A stretch of 64,000 nt of DNA, taken from Rhizophagus irregularis (lineage: Eukaryota). The DNA lies in contig NC_089429.1 of NCBI RefSeq assembly GCF_026210795.1, forward strand, positions 6,262,001 to 6,326,000, given 5' to 3'. Numbering within the stretch: the stretch's first letter is position 1; every line of letters begins with the position of its first letter. Under the pieces are notes generated by a model that was not told the origin of the DNA, made no database searches, and was given only the letters and a program-made list of their open reading frames with translations. This document shows positions 1 through 11,400 of this stretch, in pieces. Both the position numbers and the translations under genes were made by a program.

Positions 1-1744
1 GACTTGAGGAAGAATAAAGCCTTTATTTTTTTTGTTTTTATCAAAATTCCGCGATTCAAACGCATAAATGATTCATTAAGATAAAATTTCGAAAATAAAA
101 AACGTCGATATAGCGCATAACTTTATTATATTAAATATTCTTTCGAATAAAGAATAAATAAAAAAATATGTAAAAAATATATTTTACATTTATTAACATT
201 AACAAAGAAAATATTCGTTCGAATAAAGAATCGTAAAAATCGATAATTTAAAATACTTGATTTTCGAATTGAGTATGCCGTAACGCCGGGTAGTCGTATT
301 TCGACACCGTTTTAACATTTTTAACTTTAATATTTATCTTTCTCATTTTATTATAGATTGCTGGTAAAGAAATGCGAGACTAAAATAAGAATTTCGATAT
401 CATAATTATTACGATCATATTAAATCAATACTTACCCCAAGTCTTGGTATTAAAGCGAATAAAGGAATATCACAAATTTATCCAAATATTCCTTTAATAC
501 TATCCATTATCTTTGTATAATATTATGCGCTTTAAATCGCATAAATTATTCAAAGAATTTTAGGGCTATCCGTAAATAAAAAAATATTTATTTAGATACT
601 ATAAAAATCTTGATAAATTATTAACATTATTATTTATTGTTTGCTTTACCTGTGGATTAGGATCTTTAATCGTTAATACACGACGCTGAAATGAAGGAAT
701 GTAGACGTCTAATATATTTAAGATCCAAGTCCCAGAATAATGATGGTGGACGGAGTAGCTCTATATATATTAAAAAAAAAAAAACTCTGTATGCTGATGT
801 GACAATCAAGTGTATACGTTATAACTGTATATATTATCTTGTTCATGTAAGGTTATCTAGGCTTTATCAATACAATCGTATTTATTTACACAGTATATAG
901 TAACAAGATTATATATTGTTACATATGTATTATATAATTTATATTATACATTTTTTTATAAAATGAAATTTTCAACTACGTACAATACATAAACATGTCT
1001 AACGTTCTCAATTAAATGAATTGTTCTTGTTTTTGTTATATAATATCTCAAGTTCGAATGGATTAAATTAAAATCCAAGTTCCAAGTTATCGGAATAAAT
1101 AAAACGAAAAAGCAAAAAAAAAAAAACGAAAAGAACGTCCTCTGGCAAGTCACAAAAGTCCTCTGGAATGTCACAAATGCACAACATTTTTTCGCCCGAC
1201 ATAATTTTAATCACATTTATTAGTTTGCACTATAAAAAAACGCCATCCTACCTTAGAAATTAAAGTTTTTATATAGTATAATTAATTATTAGACGCGAAT
1301 TAACTTTTTTTGATCATTAATTTTCTTATCATGTGCAAAGATCATATGTAAAAAGTTCTTATCAATAAAATTATTAATTAAAGTTTTTGCTCTGATACGT
1401 TCTTTCCTTTATCAATCTAGAAAAAATGAGTTTTGATAGAAAGGAGAAAGAGAACTCACAGCGGAAAACCCAAAATAAGTTAATTCATTGAGAAAAAATT
1501 TTCATTTAAACAATCAAAAGTAGATTATATCAGTTTCATACATACTCATCAATTAGCAAGAGATAATCTGATATGTACAATACAAAGATATCATATAAAA
1601 TTATTAAAAGGGGAAGACGGCAACGACGGAAATACCAAATTAAGTTAATTTATTGAGAAAATAATAATGAATTTGTAGGAATAAGTTTCCCGATAAGTAA
1701 AGTTATTACTATTAAAGAGATTAATCTGAATGTAACCCGAATTT

Positions 1745-1830
1745 GATGGAAGGGTAAAATATCGGTCAATACGAGACTGCATCTAATCCATTGTCCCACT
1801 ATTGACTGTTTATGTTACCCTCCCATTTAA
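1745..1830. repeat. Short imperfect foldback (MITE-like hairpin)
   Basis: ATGGAAGGGTAAAATATCGGTCAATA is an imperfect inverted copy of TATTGACTGTTTATGTTACCCTCCCAT; no clear TSD. Confidence 0.4.
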
Positions 1831-2612
1831 TAACTGTATTATTATGCATGCCACTCAAGGTCATGTCTAATTTTAAGTTATTTTATAAATGTTTAGTTTT
1901 TTAAATAAATAACGTGTTGTAACCAATATTTTAATCCCACCTTCTAATAGGATATTTATGTTTTACTATATGATGAATTATTCAGCATATTTTATTTTTA
2001 ATTTACCTACCATGTTGAACTACCGACAAAACATGGTAAATCATAAGAAGAAAAGAAAATATTATAACTTTTTTTTTAAAAAAAATGAATACATTTTTTT
2101 ATTTGATTAATATTTTAATACTATCTTTAAACTTAAAAATTCTTTGGTGATAAATATTCCACTTATAAACTCATTGTATCTAAAAATACATCTCTTGATC
2201 GATTGGTTTTGGGTAATAAATTTTCGTATCAACGTTTCGATTCTAACGGGTTGCGATCCCTTTCTTTCGTCGATCAATATATAAGGTATCTTCAAATATA
2301 AAATTGCGCTTTGCGCCTATATAATTTTAATTTTTAGAATCTCGCATTTTTTTAACGTACCCATATTCACTAATCACAAAATTCTTCTTTTACAGTATTA
2401 GATTGAACTTTTGAAGATATATTAGAAAATCTTTACAAACATCATTTGAAATAAGTAATTCAATGAGAATAAGTGCCATGATTTATTTATTTAATACATG
2501 GTTGAACCAAAAGAGTGATATTTTAGAATTATTAGAATATCAATTTTTTCTAAATCATTTTATTTTTATAATTTTTTTATTATTATCGTATTATTATTCA
2601 GAATTCTGTATA

Positions 2613-2796
2613 CAGTCAGAACTCGATATACCGATATTCGATATACCGATACATTATTAAAAACTTGATATACCGATAAAATTTTACATTCCCACTATAT
2701 GTGAGGACATATAAATATCGGTATAATTTGATATAACGATATTTTTTAAATTTTTTCTTATGAGTCCCGACATATCGTTATATAAAGGTTTGACTG
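2613..2796. mobile_element. Tc1/pogo-like MITE
   Basis: TA|CAGTCAGAACTCGATATACCGATA ... TATCGTTATATAAAGGTTTGACTG|TA: CAGTC termini, TA target duplication, internal GATATACCGATA repeats. Confidence 0.7.
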
Positions 2797-3447
2797 TACG
2801 TTATAATTACTTGATGATTATGATTACAGGACAATTACTGGACAATTACTGAATGATTATGATTATAGGACGATTCCAGGACAATTACCGGACAAAATTG
2901 TCTTTTTTATTAGATGACCTGCAGGGGGTAGCACAATTTTGAAAAGCGCAATAATAAAATTATATATAAAAGTTTTTAAAAAATCAGGAGCCAACGATCG
3001 ATAGGTGTTCATCACCATGAAAATGAATTCGTTGACGGATACCTTTTGATTTTTTTCTATCAATATAATCCCTCGGTTCACGTTCAATTACAGGTGTATT
3101 TTCGAAGAAAAAATTATATCGATTCTGAATAATGTTTTTATTTTTTGTTCTTATTTCTCGTCAACTATTTTGCGCATGCTACTGCAGTTCTTTTTATTCA
3201 ATGTTGTATTCTGGCTTTTCACCATTCGGAGAATGCAAAATCATTCACATATTGTTCATATACAGTAGGTTGGAATAAGGTAATTCTTGGAATATTTTGG
3301 CTCGCGAAAATATGTTTGTTTCATTGTAAAGTAACGCGACCGTAATGAAAAAAAATACGAAAATATTTATATTTAGGATTTAAATTTGATGTGAAAAGTT
3401 GCAAGTAGGCTTTTTTACTGTGTTTTAACCTTAACCGAAACTTGTAA

Positions 3448-3866
3448 CACTATTGTGACATTTTTGCAAATGACGTTGTGTGCCAGGTTCGTGGCACAGC
3501 AAATTTTAAAAAAAACATCATTAAGGATTTTTTCTTTGACATGAAGTTTTTAAACTTATATAGTAGATGTAATTTCACCTGCTCTGCAAGTTTAATTAGG
3601 ATTCGGAAGAAGGTTACGAATGCCGATTTTGACTTTACATATAAATGATTGATTCTACCGTCTTTGTCGATCGTTTCCAAAAATGGATTTCGTGAAAGAA
3701 AAATTTTAAGTATCATTATTGACTTATTTAACAAAATTCGCCTAAGTAAACTTAAAAATTACATCTTTCTAGTAATTTTTGAAGTTAAAAAAATTCTCTC
3801 TGATTATCGTTGCGCCACAATTTGCTGGCTGCGCACGAACCTGTCAGGCTGTCACACAAAAAGGTG
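3448..3866. mobile_element. Degenerate CAC...GTG inverted-repeat element
   Basis: CAGGTTCGTG..CAGCAAATT at the left mirrors AATTTGCTG..CACGAACCTG at the right; TGTGACA/TGTCACA; no TSD recovered. Confidence 0.35.
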
Positions 3867-3959
3867 CTAAATTACTTATAATATGACTGACGCAGAAAAT
3901 TTACATCATATATGTGACGTCATTTAGGGCTAATTATGTTTTTAATATCGGGGAATATT

Positions 3960-6530
3960 TTAAATTGCCGGAAATTAATTTCCGGTTAAATAAACAAGTA
4001 CTATAAAAATTCCGGAAATTAACTGGATTTTTTATATTACCATTATTAATATTCCGGCGGGATATAAAAGATAAACATTTACCGGGTTTATTATATCAGT
4101 CACGTGATATAATACTAATAATCGATCTTTTTTTACTAAACTTTTTTTTTAATGAAACTTCCTCTCCCTTTTCTTTCGTTCCCCCCTTTCCCTCTTTTTT
4201 TCGTTCTTTCCTTCCTCTCTTTCGTTTCCCTCGCCTTTTCTTTCGTTTTCTCCTCTCTTCAACCTTCCCTTTCACCTAAATTAAACGCTTCAAAGTGAAA
4301 AAAATAAGTCTAATTTTTTTCAAGTTACGTTCTCGTTTCAGCGAATCTCTTGTGGAAATGTAAAATTTTTGGGTTTTCTAAGTAATTTTTTTTTCGTTTT
4401 TAGTACTAATCTTCCTTTTTTTATAGGGTTTGTCTTCGTTCCGGCCTTCAGACGCTCGGGAATTTTGGTTACTTTTTAGATGGCCAAAAAACGCGTTGAA
4501 ATTCGGTAAGAGGAGGGATTTTTTTTTTTCTATTTTTAAAAAAAAATTTTTGGGAAGAGGCGTATTTTTCATTGACAAAACGCTTATTAACGTTTCGGGG
4601 GTTTTTTTTAGATGGTTTTCTGGATCTCTTATCGGGATTCCGGTTAGACATTAATTTTTTTTTATTAATTTTTTATTTTTAACGAACTTTACTAAAAGTT
4701 TAGTTCCTTTTTCTTTTTTTAGGCGGATCTTTCAGGCCGGACGTTAGTAAACTTCTTTTTTTTAAATATTTTTATTTTAACGAAACTGTTACTAACGTTT
4801 CATTTTTTTCTTTTTGTAGACAGTCAATCCTTTGGAATATTTGGACGTGTGCGGATAGTTTTTGACTTCTGTAAATAATTCTTTCAACTAAACTTCTAAC
4901 GTTTCATAAGCTACCGCCTACCGGTCTTCGGACGCGTGGAAAACTCGGTAAGGGGTTTACTTTTGTTAATTCTTTTAATGAAACGATCGCTAACGTTTCG
5001 TTTATTTTCTTTTTAGACTTCGGAGCATTTGACGCGTAAGGTACGGGGAAATGGTGAGTTTCGCAACTAAAAAGTTAGTCTTTATATTTATTTTTATATT
5101 TATTTTTTTTTTAAAAAAAAAATAGAAACGTTTATTAACTTCTTATTTTTTACTTTTTCTGTAGATTTGAGTTCGAGATACTGTACCTTAAGTTCGGAAC
5201 GCCGATTTGGTATGTTTCTCGAAACTTCAATTTTTTAGTAATTTAATTAGAAACGTTTATTAACGTTTATATATATTATTTTTGTAGGGTTTCGGTCTTT
5301 GGTTGATGCGTGTTCCGATTCGTACGATTATACTTTCCTTTAAATTAAGACTTTCTTCTAAGAGTTAAATTATAATATTGTAGCCGCCTGTATAATATCT
5401 TTTTATACATGATTTTGATATTTTTGATTTAAAATAACTCAATTAATTAATTTTTTAAGGAAGGTGAAAAGGGTAAGTTTCGTGATGTTCGTTACGAAAC
5501 TTTCATTTTTTTTATAATCTTATTTAATTAAAAACGTTAACGTTTCTATATAATTTTTTTTGTAGGTTAGCGAATTCAATGATAAGCGCAGTCCTATTTA
5601 CAACATATATTACAGTTTTTTCACAATTTAATGGAACTTCTTCTTTTTTTGAATCGGATTATAATCATAGTTTACATTCACCACCACCATTTTCAATTGT
5701 ATTTACCTCTGGAGCTATTGTAGGAGCTGCGCAATCTCTAGTTGCCGCACCATTAGACTCTTTAAAAGTTAGATTTGAAGTAAATGATTTATTAGAGGGA
5801 AAGCACAAAAGCATGTTCGTTTTTGCTAAAACTACTTGGAAAGAATTGGGAGTTGCAAGTATTTATCGTGGAATTGGCTTAACGTTGGTAAAGGTTTGTG
5901 TTAATCAAATTAATTTTATTATTTATGTTTTTATGCTTTTTTTGATAATCTTAATTTTTAATTTATTGATTATATAGGATTCTTTATCTTGTGGATTGTT
6001 TTTTGGAATTTTTGAATTTGTCAAACAACAATGTTATAATGCATAACGCAACGGGTGTTGCGAAACTTTCTTTTCATTAGAAAGAAGCAGATTCTAACGC
6101 TACTTACTTCATTTTTTTTTTGATGTTTCAGAATTTTGTTCTAGAATATTGGATATGGTATGTTTCATAATTGCAAAACTTTTTTAAATTTGAAACGTTT
6201 TCTAACGTTTCTCTATTTTTTTTGTAGTTTTTGGATTTTAGGTTTGGAAAACTGCAATGAGCATCTAGTGTTTTTTTTGGATAATTAGATTAATATAGAT
6301 CTTTAACAATTAACATAGATTTTAATATAGATACTAGTATAGATTAAATAATGTATCTTTTAATTAATAAATAAACCGATTATAAACAATTACTACAATT
6401 AATAAATTTAACGCTATTTAACAAACTATAAGATATCTAATGTACTGATGATTGTTACTAAATTAACCTAATTTAACACATCATCGATAATTTTTATCAT
6501 GTGATCTTTTCATCCCGACAGTCTATCTAT
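3960..6530 (+). other. Intron-array (micro-exon) element, copy 1, with captured gene fragment
   Basis: CCGGTTAAATAAAC motif, TCACGTGA and a pyrimidine tract, then about 10 GT..AG introns (e.g. 4506-4611, 4643-4722, 4743-4819, 4948-5016, 5054-5164, 5210-5287, 5473-5565, 6158-6227), most sharing AAAC(G)..TAACGTTT around the branch point; CpG-rich micro-exons with GGACGCG-like motifs; ends approximate. Confidence 0.6.
5566..6037 (+). pseudogene. Internal fragment of a mitochondrial carrier family (SLC25-type) gene, two partial exons
   Basis: LANSMISAVLFTTY..GAIVGAAQSLVAAPLDSLKVRF (PxDxxKxR carrier signature)..GVASIYRG..LVK, phase-0 intron 5894-5977, then DSLSCGLFFGIFEFVKQQCY; no native N- or C-terminus. 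Confidence 0.8.
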
Positions 6531-8324
6531 TATTGTGAATTTTAAGTGAGAAAGTAAAATATAGAAATAGAATGCTTTTAATAGGATAATTAGGGTCTTC
6601 TATTATAACGTATTTTAACTATTTTAAGGGCAGTGAGCCCATTGAGTAACCCATACCCCTGAAAAGAAAAATGAGAATAATAGCATCTAAACACATGCTT
6701 TTGACCGACAATAATTTATAAAAATTTTAACTTCTTTTAGAACCTAACTTCCTTAAACGTTAATTTAATTTTTTCCACTTTTGTTAAACCTTTCGGTTAA
6801 ATTTATTCCATCACTCTTTTTGGAATTGCGTAACAGGTGATGCACAGAAATCGCAGAAGATAATACTTAAAACTGTTGTATTAATGATTATGTAAATTTT
6901 TTAAATTCTTTCTTTAACCGATTTTTCTTCGAAAGTTCAAATCTATATGAATACGTTTGTGAAGGAAATTACTTGAACCAATATCTGATAAGATTCGTAA
7001 CACGACCAATAGCTAAAATACAATACACTGTATCCCGATTTCATATTTTTTGAAAACATTATAACAAAAATTATACAATATTTATTAAATCAGACACTTT
7101 ATAAAATATGTACCTAAACTTTTTTTTTGATAGTAGTTTTTTATTCTTTATAAAAATTTGAGTTAAAATGTTTCAATGTTACAGTTAAAAATTCTTCATA
7201 TTTCATTATACCCTATCATAACAAATTCTCAATTTCAATCAAAGTTTTTTGTTTATAAATTTAAACAAAGAATTCAATAAAAGAAAAATGGATTTATAAA
7301 AAATGGACAAATTGATAAAATTGAAGTGTGGATAATTAAGCATTGATGCTTCGCCGAATGTATTATTTTTTTCCATGGAGTCAGGCGTTAAATTTGTTGC
7401 AGAAGGTACCCTAATAGAGATAATGGCGCATTTATTTTACTTTTTTTTTCTTCAAATACAATTATGAAATATTGTAACATTTATTATTATTATTATTATT
7501 ATTTGAATGTTCTTTGATCATTTTTTGACGTAACAAGTGAACAAATCGTTCCGTTTCAAATTTTATTTTTCCGATATTTTAATAAAATCTTGAAGTTTAG
7601 CTCAAATTGAATCGGCGTGTGGCTGTCGAAAATTTCTTATAAAAAGGCTCTGAAATTCCTAGCGAATTACAATTAAAATACGCGCAACCAATCTAAATTT
7701 TTATTAATATTTCTAATAATATGGCCCAAAATAGCCTTGATTGGGCCATTAGCATAAATGTTAACGACGATGAACGAGTTATTGATAAACTATTAAAAGT
7801 TCTTATGTTAATATTGATAAACTATTAAAAATTTTTATGTTAATAATTTTTATGATTCATTATTATCATAGAGTTATTACATAAAGAAATTTAATTTATG
7901 GTTCTTTTTATTAAATCTCCTTTAAACTATCGCGCACGCGCTTGATGCACCAAAGTTCTCAAAACATGGTCAACAACCGATTATGGTATTGACCTAACAA
8001 GTGCTTTATAATAACTAGTATATTAATAAAATAATAACTTGTATAACTTGTAAATGATAAATCACACACATTATTTTAGATATGAAATTTTTTTAACACG
8101 TTTAAACTCCCTACTAATTGATATTCGGCTAATTACATAAATTATATGCAATGTGAAGAACTAGGTAAAACCGATGGAATAGATGTATTATATATATACC
8201 TGACCCTCTTAATATTAATCCTGATTCTATATCAAATGTTGAAAAAAAATTCTTAAATATATAGAAGATATACTTTTAAAATTTCCTAAAAATTAATATT
8301 TTTTTTCTAAAAAAAAGAATTTGG

Positions 8325-9179
8325 TAGTGCTCCTAACGGGTCAAGTCGGGTCGGGTTTTGTAGATATGTTGTGCCTCAGATCGATTCTTGCCTCAGATTG
8401 AAGCTCACGCACCTCAGATTGAGATTGTCATCTGACGCACCTCAATTGCTAATAAAAATGTGCTATAATTAAACATCAAAATTTCCAATTTTAATGTATT
8501 TTTAAGTACTAAGTAAACTTATTTATCATTACAATCCTATAATTTCAGATTAATTGGAATCATACTTATTAAATCTTTTCATTTGAAAAATGACTTAAAA
8601 TTTAATGATTTTTCAGATAAAACACAAATATAAACTTCAATATAAATCGGATTTACATAAACATTTCAGGAAACATGTAACTCATTATGGTGCACAAGTT
8701 TGCTTATGTTACAAAAAGTGGTTTAATTAATGAGAAAAAAAGTTTACTTATAACAGACTTTATTGAATGATTCAAATGAGGTGCGTCAGGTGACAATCTC
8801 AATGTGAGGTGCGTGAGCTTCAATCTGAGGCAAGAATCGATCTGAGGCACAACAGATATACCCGACCCGACCAAAGTGAAAAGGTCTTGACTCTAAACCC
8901 GACCCGAGTATAGTTCGACCGGATATCCCGGGTCTAAACCCGAATTTTCAAAGGAAAAAAAATGAGCAACCACCATTTTTTCGGCATTATAATGAATCTT
9001 TAATGAAATTATAATAGATATAATAGATTTGTAATATTATGAAGCTTTGTTATCATTCATTTATTATAATTAATTAGTATTTGTTCAATAACTCGGGTCA
9101 ACCGGGGGTCACCGGGTCATAAAAATTATTGAACCCGACCCGAGCTTTTAAGGGTCGACCCGTTCCGTTAGGAGCACTA
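8325..9179. mobile_element. Non-autonomous hAT element
   Basis: TIR TAGTGCTCCTAACGG / CCGTTAGGAGCACTA, perfect 8-bp TSD GAATTTGG (8317-8324, 9180-9187), subterminal ACCCG/CGGGT repeats. Confidence 0.9.
8367..8854. mobile_element. Ginger-like MITE nested in the hAT element
   Basis: About 80-bp near-perfect TIRs with TGT...ACA termini, internal CCTCAGAT repeats, 4-bp TSD GATA. Confidence 0.85.
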
Positions 9180-9439
9180 GAATTTGGGATACAATTATAC
9201 CTGCAGTTATAAATGACTCGCCATAAAGGAAAAAATCTTCCTTATCTCCTTACTAGCTTTATGATAATAGGTCGAATAAAATAATTCTTCGGGAATGAAA
9301 TTTTTATATAATACATAGTAATGTACAGTATATTGGCGGGACAAAACGATTATATATTATATCGTACAATACAAAATTTAATTACTACGCGAAATTTACG
9401 AAAATGTGAAACTAAATCTTTGGCGAATTGATAGTTAAG

Positions 9440-9580
9440 GAAAACTAGATATTAAGCCAGATGTTAAGAAACGAAGACCGTTCACGGCACTTCTTACTGT
9501 CTTCCTAGCATGTTTAGGATCCTGAACATGTGAATTGATAAAGAGTACACGTGCTAATCTGATAACTCGTGGTTTTTTTC
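9440..9580 (-). pseudogene. Relic of a putative P-element-like transposase fragment
   Basis: Minus strand reads HVQDPKHARKTVRSAVNGLRFLT (resembles the DxxHxxKxxRN motif); related to the repeat units at 21-23 kb. Confidence 0.45.
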
Positions 9581-10325
9581 TCCGCACTTTTGTTTTCCAC
9601 CTTTAAAATAGGAGTATATTTGTATTTTTTATAATTTATATAATGTAAAGTTTAATGAATAAAAAGGGAATTTTTTATAAGTAAATATTTTTCGTGCCGT
9701 AATTTCTAAAGTAAGAAAATAAAAATATTAGTATAGGGTTACTTACCGCACCCTCCCATATTAATCTTGCTCATAGTTGCGCACTTCAACATTGGGCAAG
9801 TTCCACACGAGCGATTATCTGTTCAAAAAACAGTCACGTCGAATCACAAAACGTAATTCACACTTTTATCAACTCGACTTACCCCACGACGTCTACAAAA
9901 AATTTATTTTGGCAATTTAAGTCAAAACTACGTTATTAAAATGTTTGAAACAATTAATTTTTGAAAAGAATATTAAGGTTATTTTCGTATTTGAATCCAA
10001 AGATGAATGGAATAATTTAAATATAGATAGCAATTATCGTAATTGGGCGAAGAATTTATCTCAAATTACAAATAGTGAATTTATGATCAGTTATCCAATC
10101 TGTAATTTATCATTTAGATTAATTAAAATGAGTTGTTAGTTCATATTATATAGAGAACTTCAAATTTTTAATCATTTTTTCAATTATATGATGAGAATAA
10201 TAATTTTTTATTAAGAATAAATAAATAAATAAATAAATAAATTATTCAAGATTTATTAAATTTTAAGTCATGAATGAATACACAAAAATTAAATTAAAAA
10301 CTTCGCATTACTATCAAGAAATACA

Positions 10326-10410
10326 AGTCAGAACCCGATATAATAACGATGTGGTATAATGATTTTTTAAAAGATTTTATCTTATACATGTTATCTATCG
10401 AGTTCTGACT
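10326..10410. mobile_element. Small derivative of the pogo-like MITE at 2613
   Basis: AGTCAGAACCCGATA ... TATCGAGTTCTGACT inverted ends, same TIR as 2613. Confidence 0.5.
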
Positions 10411-10874
10411 CATTAAGTTTGTTTAGAAATTAAATTTATAAATTATAATCCCCTGTCGCACTAAGTGTCACTCATGGCTGAGTTTATAAATGACCAGGAC
10501 TCAATAGATAGCCGAGAAATTACTAATTTATAGTTAAGTTTAAAATAGTTAATATTTAATGAGTGACACGCTTACCCATTTATTTCATGGGAAGGGGTTT
10601 TCTTCCCGAAGGGAAAAAGCCCTATTTATTCCCAATTCCCCATGAAATAAATAATATAAATTTTGAGGATAAACTAAGGTTAAAGAACTGGTTATATGAA
10701 GGGGGTATAAAAGTAAAATATATATATAAAGGAATGAATAAAATGAATGAGCGAGGATTGAGGATGAGGGATAGGATTAAGGTTGGTTAGGGTTAAGATA
10801 GGATTAGCGAGGATTATGGTTTAAAAGAAAGGAAATTGTTCTGTCTGGTGTTTCATTTATTTGTAAGTGATTTA

Positions 10875-11400
10875 TGATTATAAAAGAGTAATGAATCAGG
10901 TGATTGATTTAGTTGCTCGAATAATTTGTGTATAAAAGAGTGTATAAATTAAATTTTATTATGAACAATAGGAAATCAGGTGATTGAACCAGCAATTTGA
11001 ATAATCTTTATGTGCTCAAATAATTTTGTGTATAAAAGAGTGTATAAATTAAATTTGATTATGAGCAACAGGAAATCAGGGATTAAACCAGCAATTTGAA
11101 TAATCTTTATTTGTAAAAATTATGCTCAATGGTGATTTAAACCAGTATTTTATTTTATTTATAATTTGTATAAATGAAATAAACGGTGGGGATTGGTTGA
11201 TGAATAATAATATTATCATGTTAAGAAATTGGATAAATAGGTTAAGATGAGAAGTAATAGGAATTAAGGAATGGATAATTAGGTTATGGTTAGGGTTAGA
11301 GTTAGGGTTAAAGTGAGAAGTAAAAGGAATTAAGGAATGGATTAGGTTAGGGTTATGGTTAAAGTTAGAGTTAAAATGAGAAGTAAGATGAGGATGAATT
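10875..11400. repeat. Tandem duplications including degenerate TTAGGG-like tracts
   Basis: About 120-bp unit (GTGTATAAAAGAGTGTATAAATTAAAT..GGAAATCAGG) at 10890-11110; about 65-bp unit containing GGTTAGGGTTAGAGTTAGGG at 11240-11390. Confidence 0.6.

Noticed and set aside
5579..5977. Intact 132-aa CDS as listed in the ORF track
   Set aside because: The ORF runs into an intron after LVK and covers only part of a carrier; treated as a captured fragment
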